Shown piece after piece: positions 37,724-51,345 of a stretch of 64,000 nt of DNA. Location of the stretch: the NCBI RefSeq assembly GCF_036321535.1, contig NC_087436.1, positions 29,142,001 to 29,206,000 on the forward strand, in the 5' to 3' direction. The stretch comes from Camelus dromedarius. Lineage: Eukaryota. Made by a program: the position numbers and the translations under genes. The number at the start of each line of letters is the position of its first letter. Position 1 is the stretch's first letter. Below the pieces are notes generated by a model. The model saw only the letters and a list, made by a program, of their open reading frames with translations, was not told the DNA's origin and did no database searches.

Positions 37724-38899
37724 CATAAAACAAAAAACCAAAATGCAATGTGTATAGCACTTGACTAAAAACAAAGAACTTTCATATTGCATTCTAAGAA
37801 ATAAATCTAAGAAATAAGTCAAAAATAAAATATAGTAAAACTGTTTTCCCCAGTGTAACATATCACGAGTGCGGGGAGTGGAAATTTGAATACAAGTCTG
37901 TTGATGAAATTCCTTTGAATTTTTCAGATAGGAGGTGTTATTTAAGTATCCTGATGATTTGAGAAATCCACACAATTAGGATTATGTAAGAATTTGGGTT
38001 GTGTTTGGGCTCTGACATTAGAAGATAAGGGGTCCTAAGAAGTCATTTACTTTCTGTGGAGTTTAGTTTTCTGGGAGTAGGACCCAGTGCCTTTTAAGTT
38101 CATATTTTGTTCTCAAAGCCTATCGAACTTTATGTTCTGGTTTTGGAGTTATAAAGTCTAAATAATCATCAAAATGACTTTATTTTTTTTTAGTAATGTA
38201 ATTGATAGTTAGGACTTAACAGTGAAATGCAAGCTTTGCTCAGGTATTTCCTGAAAATCTTTCTGCATGCTCAACTGTTTTTTTTTTTAAATAATTCTTA
38301 ACACAAGTCTCTAGTGACTGTGTTCAGTTTATTGAACATTCAGGATACTTCACACTCCATTTTTACATAGAAGTGATTGTTTTCAATTAAAAATAGTTTC
38401 TTCATACCTGGGGAAAAATGTTAGCATATTTGAAGTGTTAAAGCAAAGCTTGTACTTTGCCCTGGCATCAGTATGATTTTATGTGTATTTTATTACACAG
38501 ATGGGAAAATCAGACACTGGTAGACACATATGCACATTAACACACACCTCCTTTGCACCCTGAAAAAAACCCTGAATGTCCTGTCCAGCTGATCCAGCTC
38601 TAGTTTTCAAAATAGATAGTCTTGACCTTTTCCTGCAAATTACTGACTCAATAACAAAAAATCCAACATACTATCCTTGTTTTGTACAGTGATGCCTGAA
38701 GGGATAAACCTGGTAGCTAGAATTCAAGGACACATTTAACGGAAGGATTCCCAGGGACTTACTAAATTTACAGATAGTCCCTTTTATTTTCCTGATAGTA
38801 AGATTTGTTCATACCCTCAGTTGCAGCTGCTGTTCCTCAGAACAAAATTCTCTGTTTCAACTTGTCCGGGGTAGTTTTTTTTTTTTTTCCTTTTCGTGC

Positions 38900-39210
38900 A
38901 TCAGAGATCTCTTATTTCTCTCAAAATATTAACTGCTTTTTAATTTCTTTCATCTTCTGCTCTCTCTATTTTTGTTTTATTCAAAGTTAATTATTTTCCT
39001 TTTTATTTTGGGGTCTGTCCTTCATGTTAGATTTTCTCAGATGTCTGGCAGTCTTTTTGATGCCTTTCCATTTTTAAGTGGGAGAAAGTGAAATGCTAAT
39101 TGGAAGCTGCGGGTGTGTTGGCTTGGCTTGCTGAGCATTTACCAGGAAGTTGTGTAGCTGATCAGAGGCAGGGAGCGCTCTCTCTGTCAGCATCTGTGCC
39201 TTTTTCCTTG
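38900..39210 (-). mobile_element. Ancient L1/HAL1-like fragment
   Basis: TTTTCTCAGATGTCTGGCAGTCTTTTTGATGCCTTTCCATTTTTAAGTGGGAG..AAATGCTAATTGGAAGCT resembles antisense HAL1/L1ME sequence. Confidence 0.4.
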
Positions 39211-39699
39211 TGCTTGTGTCTTTTAATGACACACCTGTAAAAAAGAATACATTGTTTTACATCACAGTACATAGCTGCATTAAAGTGATCGTACTTCCAT
39301 CAAGCACAGTGCCTTCTGGGGAGATGCAAATGCATGCCTTGTCCAAATTGCCATGCTGAGGTGTTTTTGAGCAGAGAGCAACCTGTTTATATCATGTGAT
39401 CCCAAGTACCAATACGAAGCTTATGGAACTTCCAAAGTTAATCATCTAATGAGCTGACTTTCTATTACCTTTAAGGTAATAGAAATTGAAATCTATGTAA
39501 TTTGGAAAAAAAAAAAAAAAAACTTAACCACCCGGTTTCATTTACTTAATGATTTGAAGAGGTGACAAGTTAGGGGGAACCAGACAGTAAAGGGCAAGAA
39601 ACAGTAATATACCATACTATAATGATTTTCTAGCAGCCACGAGGGTCTAGAAAATGTGGCATTAATAATAGAAGAGTATTACTTCATGGTTGCTGGGCA

Positions 39700-40155
39700 G
39701 GCTTCCAACTTGTATACTTGGATATCTTCAATGAATGCTCACCTTGATGTCTGTCCACCCGGAGGCTGACTTTGTAGACTGCATTGCTTGAGCTCCTTAG
39801 CCCTCTGGGTTTCAGCTGAGTTGGTCATGAAAACGGAAGAGAGAACGGAGATCTCAGGGTTTATTTTACCTGCTCTCTTCTCTCCTACACGGTCTTCTCA
39901 ATCTGCCTGCTTCCCTCAGCTAAAAGCCACAGCAATTTTTAAGTCATTCCTCTCCACACAAACCTCTCCCTCCCTCAGGAAGCTGGTAGCCATTATCTCC
40001 TCTTGTTTTTCAGGCCAAGGATGATTGACAGCTTCCACTATTCCTTGGAGGTTCCCTGTTCCCTGCTCGGTTTTAAACAGTCTTTTAATTAAATTTTCCT
40101 TTAATATATCATAACTGGTACATACCATCTGTTTTCTACTGAAAACACCCATTCT
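39700..40155 (+). mobile_element. ERVL solo LTR, LTR33-like
   Basis: CCGGAGGCTGACTTTGTAGACTGCAT..GCTCCTTAGCCCTCTGGGTTTCAGCTGAGTTGG..AAAGCCACAGC..CCTCTCCACACA..TTCAGGCCAAGG..ACCATCTGTTTTCT follows the recalled LTR33 order. Confidence 0.8.
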
Positions 40156-40269
40156 ACTGGCTAACAGCCCTATCTCTGAGAGAAAAGCTTGAGAGTAGTG
40201 AAATATTCTTTCCCTTTGGGAAAAAAAGATAACTAATAGTTAATAATAATAATAATACATAATAAAATA

Positions 40270-40490
40270 ATAACTAACCTTTATTGAGCACTTACTTACT
40301 CGAAGCCAGGAAAGAATCTGAATATTTTTTCATGCATTACATCATTAATCTCTCAGAAATTAATGCACTATTATTGTTATCTTTATTTTATGGATATGGA
40401 ATCTGGAAATTGCCCAAATCATGCACCTGGTACGTGGTAAAGCTAGGATTCAACCCAGGGATGATTGACTCCAGCCTGTACAATTAACAG
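40270..40490 (-). mobile_element. MIR SINE
   Basis: CCTTTATTGAGCACTTACT..TTGCCCAAATCATGCACCTGGTACGTGGTAAAGCTAGGATTCAACCCAGG..TGACTCCAG. Confidence 0.8.
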
Positions 40491-41116
40491 GTACTCGGCT
40501 GGCATCTGTTAACAGGAAATGGCGAACAGGAGAGAGCGTGCTTCCACTGGAGGTGGCTGTATCTGCCATGTCATGTATAACTTGGTTCCAGTGTTGCCAG
40601 AACTGATTTTTGAAAAGACACTGGATATATAGATTTTTTTTTTGTATAACCTCATTTTTAAGCTTAGATTTAAGCTCTTACAAAAATAAAAAGTCAACCA
40701 AAGTCAACAAAAACCCAGAAACAAAAACCAACAACAAAAAGAAAAGCAAATGGAACAACTCACTTTTTGTCGGTCGAACAAAACTTCCGACTTGCCAAAA
40801 AATGGTCCTTTGAGCATATTTTACAACCTTCCAAAAGACTAAGTTAAAGATCCGATTAATGTGTGAGTAACATTAACTATTTGTGCTTTTTCATTAATGC
40901 ATTTATCTTGAAGTAACTTTCGATAAAACTGTCTTCGAAATAGCTTCTGTTTTATAAGTTGAAGTTCTTCCGGTTCTTTAATTTTCTGTGTTAGACACAA
41001 TTCATTGACACCATGACAGCACTCAATCTTTTATTTTCTATGCAGTGATCTTGGAGTAATTCTGGAAGATTATATTCTACACATGGAAAAACTCCTTGAT
41101 CCCCTGCTTGTTTTTA

Positions 41117-41330
41117 ATGTCTTATAAAAGAGTTTTTGTATAGTAGTAAATTATTGAGTTTGGAGTTGGACAGATCTGGTTATAGGTAACAGTTCACAAC
41201 TTACTAACTATTGACCCAAGAGCTCTGTTTCCCTCTCTGTAAAAACTGGAATGACAGTATCTAATTCACAGGTTTGCTGAGTATTAAATAAGAGTATGTA
41301 CACAAAGCACCTAGCACATAATGAAAGTAA
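41117..41330 (+). mobile_element. MIR SINE
   Basis: TTTGGAGTTGGACAGATCTGG..ACTTACTAACTATTGACC..CTCTGTTTCCCTCTCTGTAAAAACTGGAATGACAGTATCTA..AAAGCACCTAGCACA. Confidence 0.75.
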
Positions 41331-41446
41331 GAATGTCTGGTTGAAATCCTAAAAAAAAAAAAAGAATCCTAAAACAAACATTAATTAGCTGTTTTATTTG
41401 TGCAACTTACTTAACCTCTGTATCTCCTACTCCCCTCCCCCATCTT

Positions 41447-41633
41447 CAGTGGTTCTCAAAGTTGAATGTGCATTAGAATAACCTAGAAAGTTGTGAAAAT
41501 ACGAATCCCTATGTCTCACTCCCCGTGTTTGTGATTCAGTAGGTCTGAGTGAGTCCCAATAATTTGCATTTCTAACGTGCTCCCAAGTGATGTTGCTACT
41601 TGTGGTGTGGGGATTACACTTTGAGAAACACTG
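41447..41633. mobile_element. MER5A non-autonomous hAT-Charlie DNA transposon, inserted in a MIR
   Basis: TIRs CAGTGGTTCTCAAA ... TTTGAGAAACACTG, internal TGATTCAGTAGGTCTG and ATTTGCATTTCTAAC, length 187 bp. Confidence 0.9.
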
Positions 41634-42007
41634 CTTTATGTAATACTGTTAATAATCCCTCCCTTTTTCATAGGATTACTCGTCAGCCTTAAAAGATGTG
41701 ATATCTATAAAACATTTATCCCCAACTGCCTAAGAATGTAAAGTTCAAGAAATGCTAATTAGCTGATATCATTATCGTTATAACTTTAAAATACCTGTTT
41801 CCCTATTTTCTTTCAAAAATATACTTGAGAATTTATCTATAGAATTCTTCTCGGTATCATGATTTTTTCTTCTTTGAAATGAGGATGATGTTTTTCCATT
41901 TATAAGAATGATATTCCTTCATAAAGGAGGAATGTTACTTCTTCATGAAAAAAGATGATTTGAATATTAAGACCCCATCATCATCCACAAATTTATGTAT
42001 ATAAATA

Positions 42008-42441
42008 TAGTAGTTAAATGTTCCTGCAATAATGTTGCATAACTCAAGGCTTAAAGCAATACACATATTTTCTGGCCGTCTCTTCTGTGAGTCATTGAGA
42101 GTAGATTTACCTTAAAATTGGGTTGGCTTCAAGCTTCTGGTCCAGGCTCTGTTTCCTTCTACTGATCTATTCTGAGGTCCAGACTGAAGGGACAACAGCT
42201 ACAGGGGCACACTTCATTCATTGTGCTTGTGAAACACAAGAGAGAAGCCAAAGCACCTAGGGATCTGTAAGCACTTTGTTCATGTCACATCCACTAATAT
42301 TCCATTGGTCAAAGTAAGTCATTTGCACCCACATCGGTGGTGTCAGTCACTCTAATGGTAGGAACAGCAAAGTCACTTGGCAAAAAAGTTTGGGTACACG
42401 CAGAGAGTGAGGGATTGGGAACAGTGATCCAGCCTACCAAA
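42008..42441 (-). mobile_element. MaLR LTR (MLT1I/J-like)
   Basis: GTCACATCCACTAATATTCCATTGGTCAAAGTAAGTCA and CCAGACTGAAGGGACAACAGCTAC are antisense MLT1 motifs. Confidence 0.75.
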
Positions 42442-42817
42442 GGAAGGATGTTTAGAATATTCTGAACATGAATACTCTGGAATGATGTGTGTTTTCACAC
42501 ACTGGTGTCGCTTGCTTTCAGAAATAAAATATGTAGATTTCTTTCTGGGAAATGACTGTGCGAAGGTGTGGGAAATATGGTGCACATTGGTAATACAAAG
42601 GGAAATGGGCTCCAGTTGAAAAGTAATAACATTTTACCTATTTCTAGTAACTCTTCTGTCTGACTGAAGACCTGCTTAAACTGTTGATGATAATGATCAT
42701 GATGATTATCCAGAATAAGAATTACCATAAATAAAAGAAGATAGTTAGGTCCTATTTTGATGTACTACCATAATTGCATGTAACTATTTTGCACACATCT
42801 GTGGAATTTTCTTTGCA

Positions 42818-43540
42818 GATTGGGCTTTATCAAAGGTAAGAACTTCTGCTCTGTAAAAGACACTGTTAAAGAGAATCAAAAGACAAGTGTCAAACTTGGA
42901 GAAAATTGCAAATCACACATCTGATGGAAGACTAGACTCTACCATATAGAAAGGACTCTTAAAACTCAACAACTGAAAAATAAACAATGAAATTTTTTTA
43001 AAAACAGCCCAAATTTTAAACAGACACTTTACAAAGAATTAGAAATGAAAACACATTTTTAGTCATTAGAATAATGAAAAGTAATCCATGATGAAATATC
43101 ACAGCATACTTATTAGAATATCTAAAATTGAAACTTCTAATCATATCAAGTGTTGGTGAGGATTTGGAGTAAGTAGAACTCTCATGCTACTGGGAATGAA
43201 AGTGGGACAACCACTTTAAAAAACAGTTTGGCAGTTTCTTAAAATGTTAATCATACACCTATAAACAAATTGTATGCACATACAATGGACTAGTACTCAG
43301 CAATAAAAATGAATTAACTTTTAATAAATCTAACAGTATGGATGAATCAAAATAATTATTCTGAGTGAAAGATGCTAGACCCAAAAATACATTCTATATA
43401 ATTATATTTATATAAAATTCTAGAAAATGTAAATTAATATATAGTGACAGAAAGTAGATCAGAGGTTGCCAAGGGTTAGAAGAGGGCTGGGAAATGTGAA
43501 AGGGATAACCAAGGGTACTAAGGAAACTTAAGGGTATGCT
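42818..43540 (+). mobile_element. Old L1 ORF2 C-terminus / 3' UTR fragment
   Basis: AACTTCTGCTCTGTAAAAGACACTGTTAA, CTCTTAAAACTCAACAA, CAAGTGTTGGTGAGGAT, AACAGTTTGGCAGTTTCTTAAAA, TAGTGACAGAAAGTAGATCAG. Confidence 0.85.
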
Positions 43541-44929
43541 TGATGCTAATTTTAACTTTATTGTTTCCAGAATTCATTCAGTGATACTACAGTACAAACA
43601 CCATTTAACTGAATAATAAGTTTTATTCTTAATGGTCTATACTTGTCTAATGACAGTGTATTGTGGGATTTTTATTTCTTCAAACATATTAGTGGTTTTC
43701 AGGGTATCTTTTTTACTTAAGTCATAGAGCAAATGACTTTTTGTTAAAATATCCCCTTTTCTTTCTGCCTATATCAGTTAATCCTGTGATTAATATAATA
43801 GTTTTTGATAGGTCCAGTAAGAAAAGGGTTATATTTTTCAGTGAACATACAAATTTGTTACATTTTCTGTCCCAGTCATAGCATTTTAAGAATTATTAAA
43901 ACTCTCTGAACCAGTCAGTAGTTAGTGATAATCAATAGAGAACAGAAAGAATGGCATGCTCTCTCTTTAATCAGCTTACCATAAAAATAGTTTTCATAGC
44001 ACAAATACAAAACTCTTGTTTACTTGCATTACATTTTAAAAGTTTATTAGCTGATAATTATATTCAAAGGAGAAATAAAAATATATCCCAAGAGCATATA
44101 GATGTAGAGAAAAATAATGATGATATTTGAAATTGTATCTTGCTGAGTCAGCTCTCTATCATTATATTAAGACATGATTGCGTTTGCATCCATTAATCCA
44201 GAAAATCAACAATTAAAAATATAGAGTTATTTTTTACCCCATAACGTTTTGTAGCTTAATTTAATTTTACTTCAGAAATGTACTTATATAATCAAACTCT
44301 AAGCTGTGTCTAAGAGTCAGTAACAATTCAGTTTTATTAGCTTCACCTTGAACTCCTAAATGTTACACAACTACAATTATTTGTTGATTAATTTGAATCA
44401 ATGACTTACTAACTAACGTCTGAACATTTGTATATTCTGAAGAGAATCAGAATTATGTAGCTAGGAAGAGCCTTAAAGTCATAATTCTGATGTCAAGTGT
44501 GTGTTATTTTATTCTAGTTCTTTGAACACTGTTAATCCATGTATGATATATTTGACAAATGTCAATTAACAAGAATGTTCAATTAACCAAAAGACCCAAT
44601 TTTCTGATTATTTTTGGATACATGAGTGCTTACTAAAATTTCTGTAATAATTTCTATAATAATTGCAGTAAATGTAACTTTTATTATTTATATACCCATA
44701 CCTAATGAAAATTAAAGATCTCTGACCTGGAATTCTCTCTATCTTTTGATACATTTATCACAGGAAACCACTTTATCTTGATAATCAAAATACGTATTTC
44801 TAGGTAACACAGGATTTACAATAGAGATTTTTATAACATTTTATTAATTAATTGGTAATGCTTTATGATTTTAAATCTGTTAAGCTTCATACTTGTATAT
44901 TGTGTATATTATTCAACTGTTATCTTTCA

Positions 44930-45305
44930 GGAGGGTAAAACTGCCCTTCATTTGCCAGAAGCCACTAGTTCCAGCCTCCAGGTTGTTTCCTCACTCCCAG
45001 AACCAGCCTAGTCATGCTAGTGTTTCAGGGCTAGTTTGCCTAAGCCCCCCGTTCTGAACACCTACTCTACAGAGTCTCTTCTAGGGTCTGATAATCCCAG
45101 CATATTCCTTTTGTTCAACAGTCTTTCAGACAGTTGTTGTTGCTTCCAATTGTTATCTCTGTGAAAAATCTTATTTGTATTTTTTTTTGCTTTAAGCTCT
45201 AAACACTTATGCAACTGATGCCCTCTATAAACTTCTCTCTGTTGAAAAAGCTTGTATGAGTTCCTTTGTCCTGATGAGACACACTATAGAGAACTGATGA
45301 TACTA
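44930..45305 (+). mobile_element. ERVL LTR fragment (LTR41-like)
   Basis: CCTCACTCCCAGAACCAGCC..TCTAGGGTCTGATAATCCC..TTCCTTTTGTTC..ATAAACTTCTCTCTGTTGAAA..GTCCTGA follows an LTR41-type 3' half. Confidence 0.55.
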
Positions 45306-45894
45306 ATATATGACTTCAAAAAGTCATCTTTAATAATCAATTTGCTTTATATGCTATATTAGAATTATCATTACAAATTATTCTATGATGCATAAAACTC
45401 TAGAAAAAATCTACTGTGGTTATTCAAATGGGTTTAATTATATTATTTATAAAGTAGTCAATATCAGTTAATTAGTGCTCATCCTAGTGATGGCCTTGCC
45501 ATTACTGTCATGCTCTTCTTTGAATCTTCGGTCATTTTAAGAAGTTCAGGGTTTCCAGGCCATCAGTTTTCCCTTTTCTGACCTCATCTCCCACTCCATG
45601 TTTGACTTGTCAGCTGTAATTGCCATATCTGATAACTCCTTTCTCCTTGTTATCTTTTCTTCAGTTGGCTTCTAAGACAGCACACAAGTAGCTTTACTCT
45701 TACCTGGCTAGCTGCCTCTTCCTATCTCCTCTTTTCTGATTGTCCTTATCTACCTAACTTACAGGATTCTCTCTCTCTTTCTTTCTCTCTCTCTCTTTCT
45801 GTCTTAATTTACACTCACTGACTGCTTTGGAAAACTCATCTTAACCTCAGATAAATTATACATCATCCTTGGCTGTTGTCAATGATTGTTTTTT

Positions 45895-46710
45895 TGTTTA
45901 GTGACCTTCCTGTACTAATTTTCTAAAGCATACTCCCCTCCATGTATGGTCATTCAAATCACTGCTCAGCCTGGAATCACTAGTCTTCCATTGGCCCTTA
46001 CTGCTGGGCTTTGTGTGTGTTGGTGCTTGTCTGCCATCCTCTAGCAGTTTACAGGTCTCTCTTAGCTTCCTGCAGTGATTTCAACATCAGCTTAGCATTG
46101 AGATGTTCAGCCCTCCTCAGGTCTTTCCTAGACGTGGCCACAGTCCTGCACATGTATGTGATCTCCCCATTCCCCAGGAATGTGGTGGAGCTTTGGAAAG
46201 CCCTTTAGGGACACCTGATTCACAAGATTCTCATTTATGGTTTTTGCCAGTGTCCGTATTTTAAAACTAGATTGCCATCTCAGGAAGATGTGATTTGAAC
46301 AATCACTACTTGCTGTTTTTGACAAGTACCCTGGGGTTAAAGCTTTTCCAGCTGAAGGAGATACAGGCAGGTCAAATAATGACAGATCTGGCAAACGGGG
46401 TGTTTCTATGGAGCTGACACTTAGTCAAATAGTGAAAATCCACTGATAGTGGGGCTGTTTGGAAAGATTTAAGTCCATTCTGCCCACATCATTGGCTGTT
46501 CCACTGTTGTTTTTCTCAATTACTGTGGCTGCAGGGTAGCTGGTTTTTGAGGGTAACACAGAACTGAGAAGATGGGGATGGCAATAGAGCAAATTAAAAT
46601 GCCATAAAGTTCACTGTTACAAAGATTCAGCCATTTAAAAAACTGCCCATTAGATGGTTGAAAATCCTTGGATAATTTTGAGAGGCCTTAAAAACATTAA
46701 TCTTGACCAT
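45895..46710 (-). mobile_element. Old L1 5' region (L1M4/MC-like)
   Basis: CATCAGCTTAGCATTGAGATGTTCAGCCCTCCTCAGGTCTTTCC..CCCCAGGAATGTGGTGGAGCTTT..CAAATTAAAATGCCATAAAGTTCACTGTT resemble old L1 5' ends. Confidence 0.55.
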
Positions 46711-46715
46711 TAATT

Positions 46716-47126
46716 TGGCATAAAGCAACAGAATTTGTTCTCTCACAGTTCTGAAGATGTGAGGTTGGAAATCAAGTTGTCACCAGGATCATGCTCCCTT
46801 TGAGGCTCTACAGAAGAATTTTTGCCTCTTCCTAGTTTCTGGTAGTTGCTGGCAATCCTTGGAGTTTCTTGGCTTATAACTGCATTACTCCAATCTCTGT
46901 CTCCACTGTCAGATGTCCTTCTTCCTTGGGTCTCTCATCTGTGTCTTCAGGTCTCTTCTACTGAGGCCACCAGTCATATTGCATTAAGGCTCACCCTAAT
47001 CCAGTAGGACCTCATCCTAACTTGATTACATCTGTAAAGACCCTGTTTCCAAATAAGGTCACATTCACAGTTACTAGGGGTTAAGCCTTCAAAATAATTT
47101 TGGAGGGGACCCAATTAAATCTACTG
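46716..47126 (-). mobile_element. MaLR LTR, MLT1C/B-like
   Basis: CTCTCACAGTTCTG..TGCCTCTTCCTAGTTTCTGGTAGTTGCTGGCAATCCTTGG..GATTACATCTGTAAAGACCCTGTTTCCAAATAAGGTCACATTC. Confidence 0.88.
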
Positions 47127-47174
47127 TCTTCTTTTTAATTTTTCCAGGGTCTGCAGTTGGAACTTTTTTTTTTC

Positions 47175-47760
47175 CCTTAGCACAATTTTAACTGTCTTAC
47201 ATGATTTGATATGTTGTATTTCCATAATCATTTAGCTCAAAATACTATTCTGATTTCAATTGTGATTTCTTCTTTAGCTCTTAGTTTCTTAGAATGTATT
47301 GCTTAATTTGTAAACACTTTGGGATTTTTCTTGTCATTTTTCTGTGATTGATTTTCTATTTTATTCCTCTGTGATCACAGATCATATTTTCTGTTATTTT
47401 TATCCTTTGAAATTGGTTGAGACTTGCTTTATGGTCAACATACAAGTCAGTTTGCTAACATGTTATGTGCAGTTGGAAAGAACATGAGTTCTGCAATTTA
47501 GGGGTACACGTTCTATATATGTTTTGATTGGGTCACTCTTGTTACTTACATAGTTCAGATCTTCTCTATCTCTGCTGAATTTTGTGTTCCTGTGTTCTGT
47601 CAGTCACTGAGAGGTATCTTAAAACCTTTAACTATTCTTATGGAATTTATTTATTCTTCTAGTTCTTTCAGTTTTTGCTATTTGGGGGGCCATGTCATTT
47701 GGGGCCATATTTTTGGTACATGAATGTAGAAAGTTTGACAACTTTTTCCAGTGTCCTGTT
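47175..47760 (-). mobile_element. Old L1 ORF2 (endonuclease region) remnant
   Basis: TTGAAATTGGTTGAGACTTGCTTTATGG, TGTGCAGTTGGAAAGAACATG and GTTCAGATCTTCTCTATC are antisense L1 ORF2 5' remnants. Confidence 0.7.
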
Positions 47761-49054
47761 ACGTGCACAGAGGATGGGATTTTCAGAGGTCCTTCCTCGA
47801 ACCACTCCAAAGGTCTGTCTCCCAGACCTTATTTTGATTTCTTAAACTGATGACAAAGTTGAAGTCTTAGGATACCAAGAGACTTTAGATATGAAAGATG
47901 TATACTATCTCTTCATTTCTTATTTTATTCAATACTAAACTATGTACACAATTTGCCTACACTGTTTCATGAGCTCTGGTAAAAGTGGTACTATTCAGTG
48001 ACTTCAGGTTGTTGTGGCTCACTTGGTGGTGGCGATGGATCACTGAGGATTCTCCCTTTTGTTTAAATGAAGCTAAGTTGGGATGGTTGGATATTTGTTT
48101 CACTAGAAGAAATTTCATTTTCATATATTTCCGTGCAAGAAACTGGGCTCTTGATTACAACCAGTTATATCTGTCTTACATTTATTGGGAACCCAATGAC
48201 AGGTTTCTTGGTATTCTTTCATGGTAACATAGAAAATAAACCAAACAAATTTATAAACATACAGAGTTATTTAATAATAAAATAGTAAAATTGCATCTTA
48301 TATCCTGGTTTTGCATCTAAACTCATTTCTGGAAAGGCTACAAAGGTATTGATACGATTTTCTAGGAATAAGACACATTAGTCACAATTTGCTAATTCCA
48401 GCTGTTTCTAGTGAAAATTAAGCAGTATTCCCAATATATGCTGTTCGTGAGTGTGACGGCACCTTTTGGTCTAACAGAGATTTTTCTGATTGTTTCTCAT
48501 TGGTGTAATAAGTTGGAAATTCCCGTGGAAATCTAAATCAGTGGTAGATAAAGATGTAGGCAGCTCTGACTTTGTTTAGAACTGGTCTACTTTAAAGTAA
48601 TATGGCTCTCAGGATTCACCTAACCCATATCACCTAGTTTAAGAGAATAGGTCTTTAGGACTGAAAATACAGTCAATAGTGCAATCTATTTATTCCCCTG
48701 GAAAAGCTTCGTAGGAGCCATGAAGAGTTTCTTCACTCACCCTGAGCAGACAAAACCAAGATTTCATCACTCCTCACCTAGAGTCCTATGATTAGACTAG
48801 ATTCCTAATCTACTCATTGTTCGTCCTGTTTCCTGCTGCACCTGAGCCATCAGTCTATTAGATGGATGAACATGAATAACTGGAACATTCTGGGAAATAA
48901 ATTTACCAATTATCGCTTTATTATTACCAAGAACTTGGGACTGTATAAGAGATGTAATTATTCTTTTGTACGCTGAGCTGAACTACACTGCCAAGCTTAG
49001 AGACATTTTTCCATAAATCATATTTTTAAAAATGTACATAAATATATTTTTCTT

Positions 49055-49380
49055 TTAATTCAAATCCCCTCTATGGCCTTTCATCGTATTCAGATTATAA
49101 TCCAAACTACTTTTCATGATTTATAAAACCCTTCATTATCCAGCCTTTGACCTCACACCCTACCACTTTCTACCTCATTAACCCTGCCGCCCGAGCCAAG
49201 TTGGCGCCCCTGTGGTTCACGAGCACACCAGGCTAATGATGCTTTTGCCTTCACTGCTTCCTCTGATGGAGCCTTCCTCTTCAGTAGCCTTATGTGCCTT
49301 ATCACCTCACTGCCCTTAGGTCCCTGCTTAAATGGCACTTTTTCGAGAAGGATTTCCCAACCGCCCTATCTAAAATGGCA
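49055..49380 (+). mobile_element. L2 fragment
   Basis: CTCTATGGCCTTTCATCGTATTCAGATTATAATCCAAACT..TGCTTCCTCTGATGGAGCCTTCCT..CTGCTTAAATGGCAC..CCCTATCTAAAAT. Confidence 0.65.
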
Positions 49381-50021
49381 GGTAGTGATCTCTGTTAAAA
49401 GGAAACGAGTAAAACTGGGTCCTGAGGTAAAGATTTTCTCAGTCTGTGAGGAGATACTGCCTGGCTGGGAAGTAAGGTGATATTGAAGCTGAGAACTGAA
49501 GGACATGGAGGAGCTAGCTTTGGGAAGATACTTTACAGGTGCTGCTCAAAGAAAGGATAGACTGCAAAGCAGGCCTCTGCCTTGGGCTTTGACACCTGTG
49601 AGCTTTTCTCCCATATTATTCTATCTAACATCTTCCTCTTTTAGGCTTGCCGTGTCCTACCTATCTTTCCAAATCCACCTTAAATGTCACCTCTTATCTG
49701 AAGCCTTCCATAGCCCCTTTTCTGAAAGGTCTGTGCTTTCCTCTTCTCTCTGCACTTCTGTGTCTAATATTTGGTCATGTGTACAGTGTTTAAATGGGGT
49801 GTATGTATATGTCTAATGAAGTTATGTGGAAACTAGCATGACTTTCATTTTTATTGATTAACTGTGGGTTTATTTTCATGTACAATCTGAAACAAATGAT
49901 TTTCTTTCAGAGTACTATACAGCATCTTCTTCATAGATAATTAAAAATAAAATAAATGATTAAATAAATTTAGGAAGGTTCAAGAATGTTCTGATTTATC
50001 TCCAAACAGTAACATCTATGC

Positions 50022-50022
<1 letters not shown>

Positions 50023-50064
<42 letters not shown>
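50023..50064. repeat. (TG)21 microsatellite
   Basis: Perfect dinucleotide run read directly. Confidence 0.97.
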
Positions 50065-50065
<1 letters not shown>

Positions 50066-50124
50066 ATAAAGAGATTCCATGAAGTCTGAAAATACAGACT
50101 ACTATATGTAATATCATCAGATAA

Positions 50125-50270
50125 GGGGAGGGTATAGCTCAGTGCTGGGGTGCATGCCCAGCATGCATGAGGTCCTGGGTTCAATCCCCAGTACCTCCAT
50201 TAAATAAATAAGTAAACAAGCTAATTACCTCCTTCCCTCCCCCTAAAAACCAACAACAAAATAGTAATTA
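50125..50270 (+). mobile_element. tRNA-Ala-derived camelid SINE (vic-1 type)
   Basis: GGGGAGGGTATAGCTCAGTG (A box)..GCATGCATGAGGTCCTGGGTTCAATCCCCAGTACCTCCA (B box), then TAAATAAATAAGTAAAC..CTAATTACCTCC and an A-rich tail. Flanking repeat ATATCATCAG at 50111-50120 and 50278-50287. Confidence 0.9.
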
Positions 50271-51139
50271 TATATATATATCATCAGGGGTTAAAGTAGG
50301 AACTGTAAAATAAAATATCTTTATCTGCAGATCCTGTGAGTACCTCACTTATAATTTACTTTGAAAAACTGCATGAATGTGTGTGTGTGTGCAGGCATAC
50401 TCTCTGGCTTTGCTGGTGTCCTGAACTTAGTCTGACTGTTGGGTAATCTGACATGACAGATGTTGATAGACATACAGAAGAAACAAAGATGCAGGGCAAA
50501 GCAATCAGAGGGAAATTACTGTGGGATAATAAGTAAAGCAGTCAAACAGTATTTTTAGTGTTTGATGATAGCAACCTTCCAGATGAAGAATGATTAAGAT
50601 TGAAATTTCAGCATTTCAGATACATGCAAAGAACTAAAAAGCCTATTGCAAAAAGTAAAAGGAACATGAGTAGAGGATGTAGTCAAATTCAGCTCATATA
50701 TTGTGAATGAAGAACAGCACAGAAAACAAAATTTACACAGCACTTGAAATGTAGGATGATAGGAAAATTCAGAACATTACCAGTATAGAGACATTTCCCT
50801 TTAGAATACAGATGTCAGTCTTCCCAGTTTCTTAAAGAGGAAGAACTTGAATTCTGTGTCAAGAAATTCTTGCAAATACCATTTCATATCATTATATATG
50901 TTCAGTCTTAAATTTACATATTGTAGATAGGGTCTTATCCAGTGTTTAGGTTCAACCTTTTAAAAAAAATTCACGTAGTGGAGCGAAAGATGATTCTTAA
51001 TATTGATAAAAATCATTCCTTTTACTATCCACAAACTTTCTAGTAACTCCAAATCCAGGTCAGGACTTACATAGAAATATTGTTTATTCGTGCAGGCTTT
51101 TTATGTGAAGATTCTTAGATATTTTCTTGCTCTCTTCAA

Positions 51140-51345
51140 TTGGGAGTACCTGGATTCCAATTGGCTTTCTAGCTATGTGACGCTGTACAAATAATTTATG
51201 TTTCCTAATTTTCATGTTCCTAATAATTAACGGATGAATATCCAAAGTATCTAAAACATTATGGTGTGTTTGAAAGGACTGAATATGATAATTGATATAA
51301 AGTGTGTGCCAGAGTGCCTGGCACATAGCAAGTTTTCAAAAGCGT
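51140..51345 (+). mobile_element. MIR SINE
   Basis: CCTGGATTCCAA..TTTCTAGCTATGTGAC.. ending AGAGTGCCTGGCACATAGCAAGTTTTCAA. Confidence 0.6.

Noticed and set aside
48515..48524. Perfect NF-kB site GGAAATTCCC and scattered single GAS motifs (e.g. 48360, 48888)
   Set aside because: Isolated short motifs are expected by chance in 64 kb of AT-rich DNA.
50125..50200. tRNA-Ala gene (also 59016-59090)
   Set aside because: The tRNA-like head has stem-disrupting changes and is followed by SINE body, tail and TSD, so it is a SINE.
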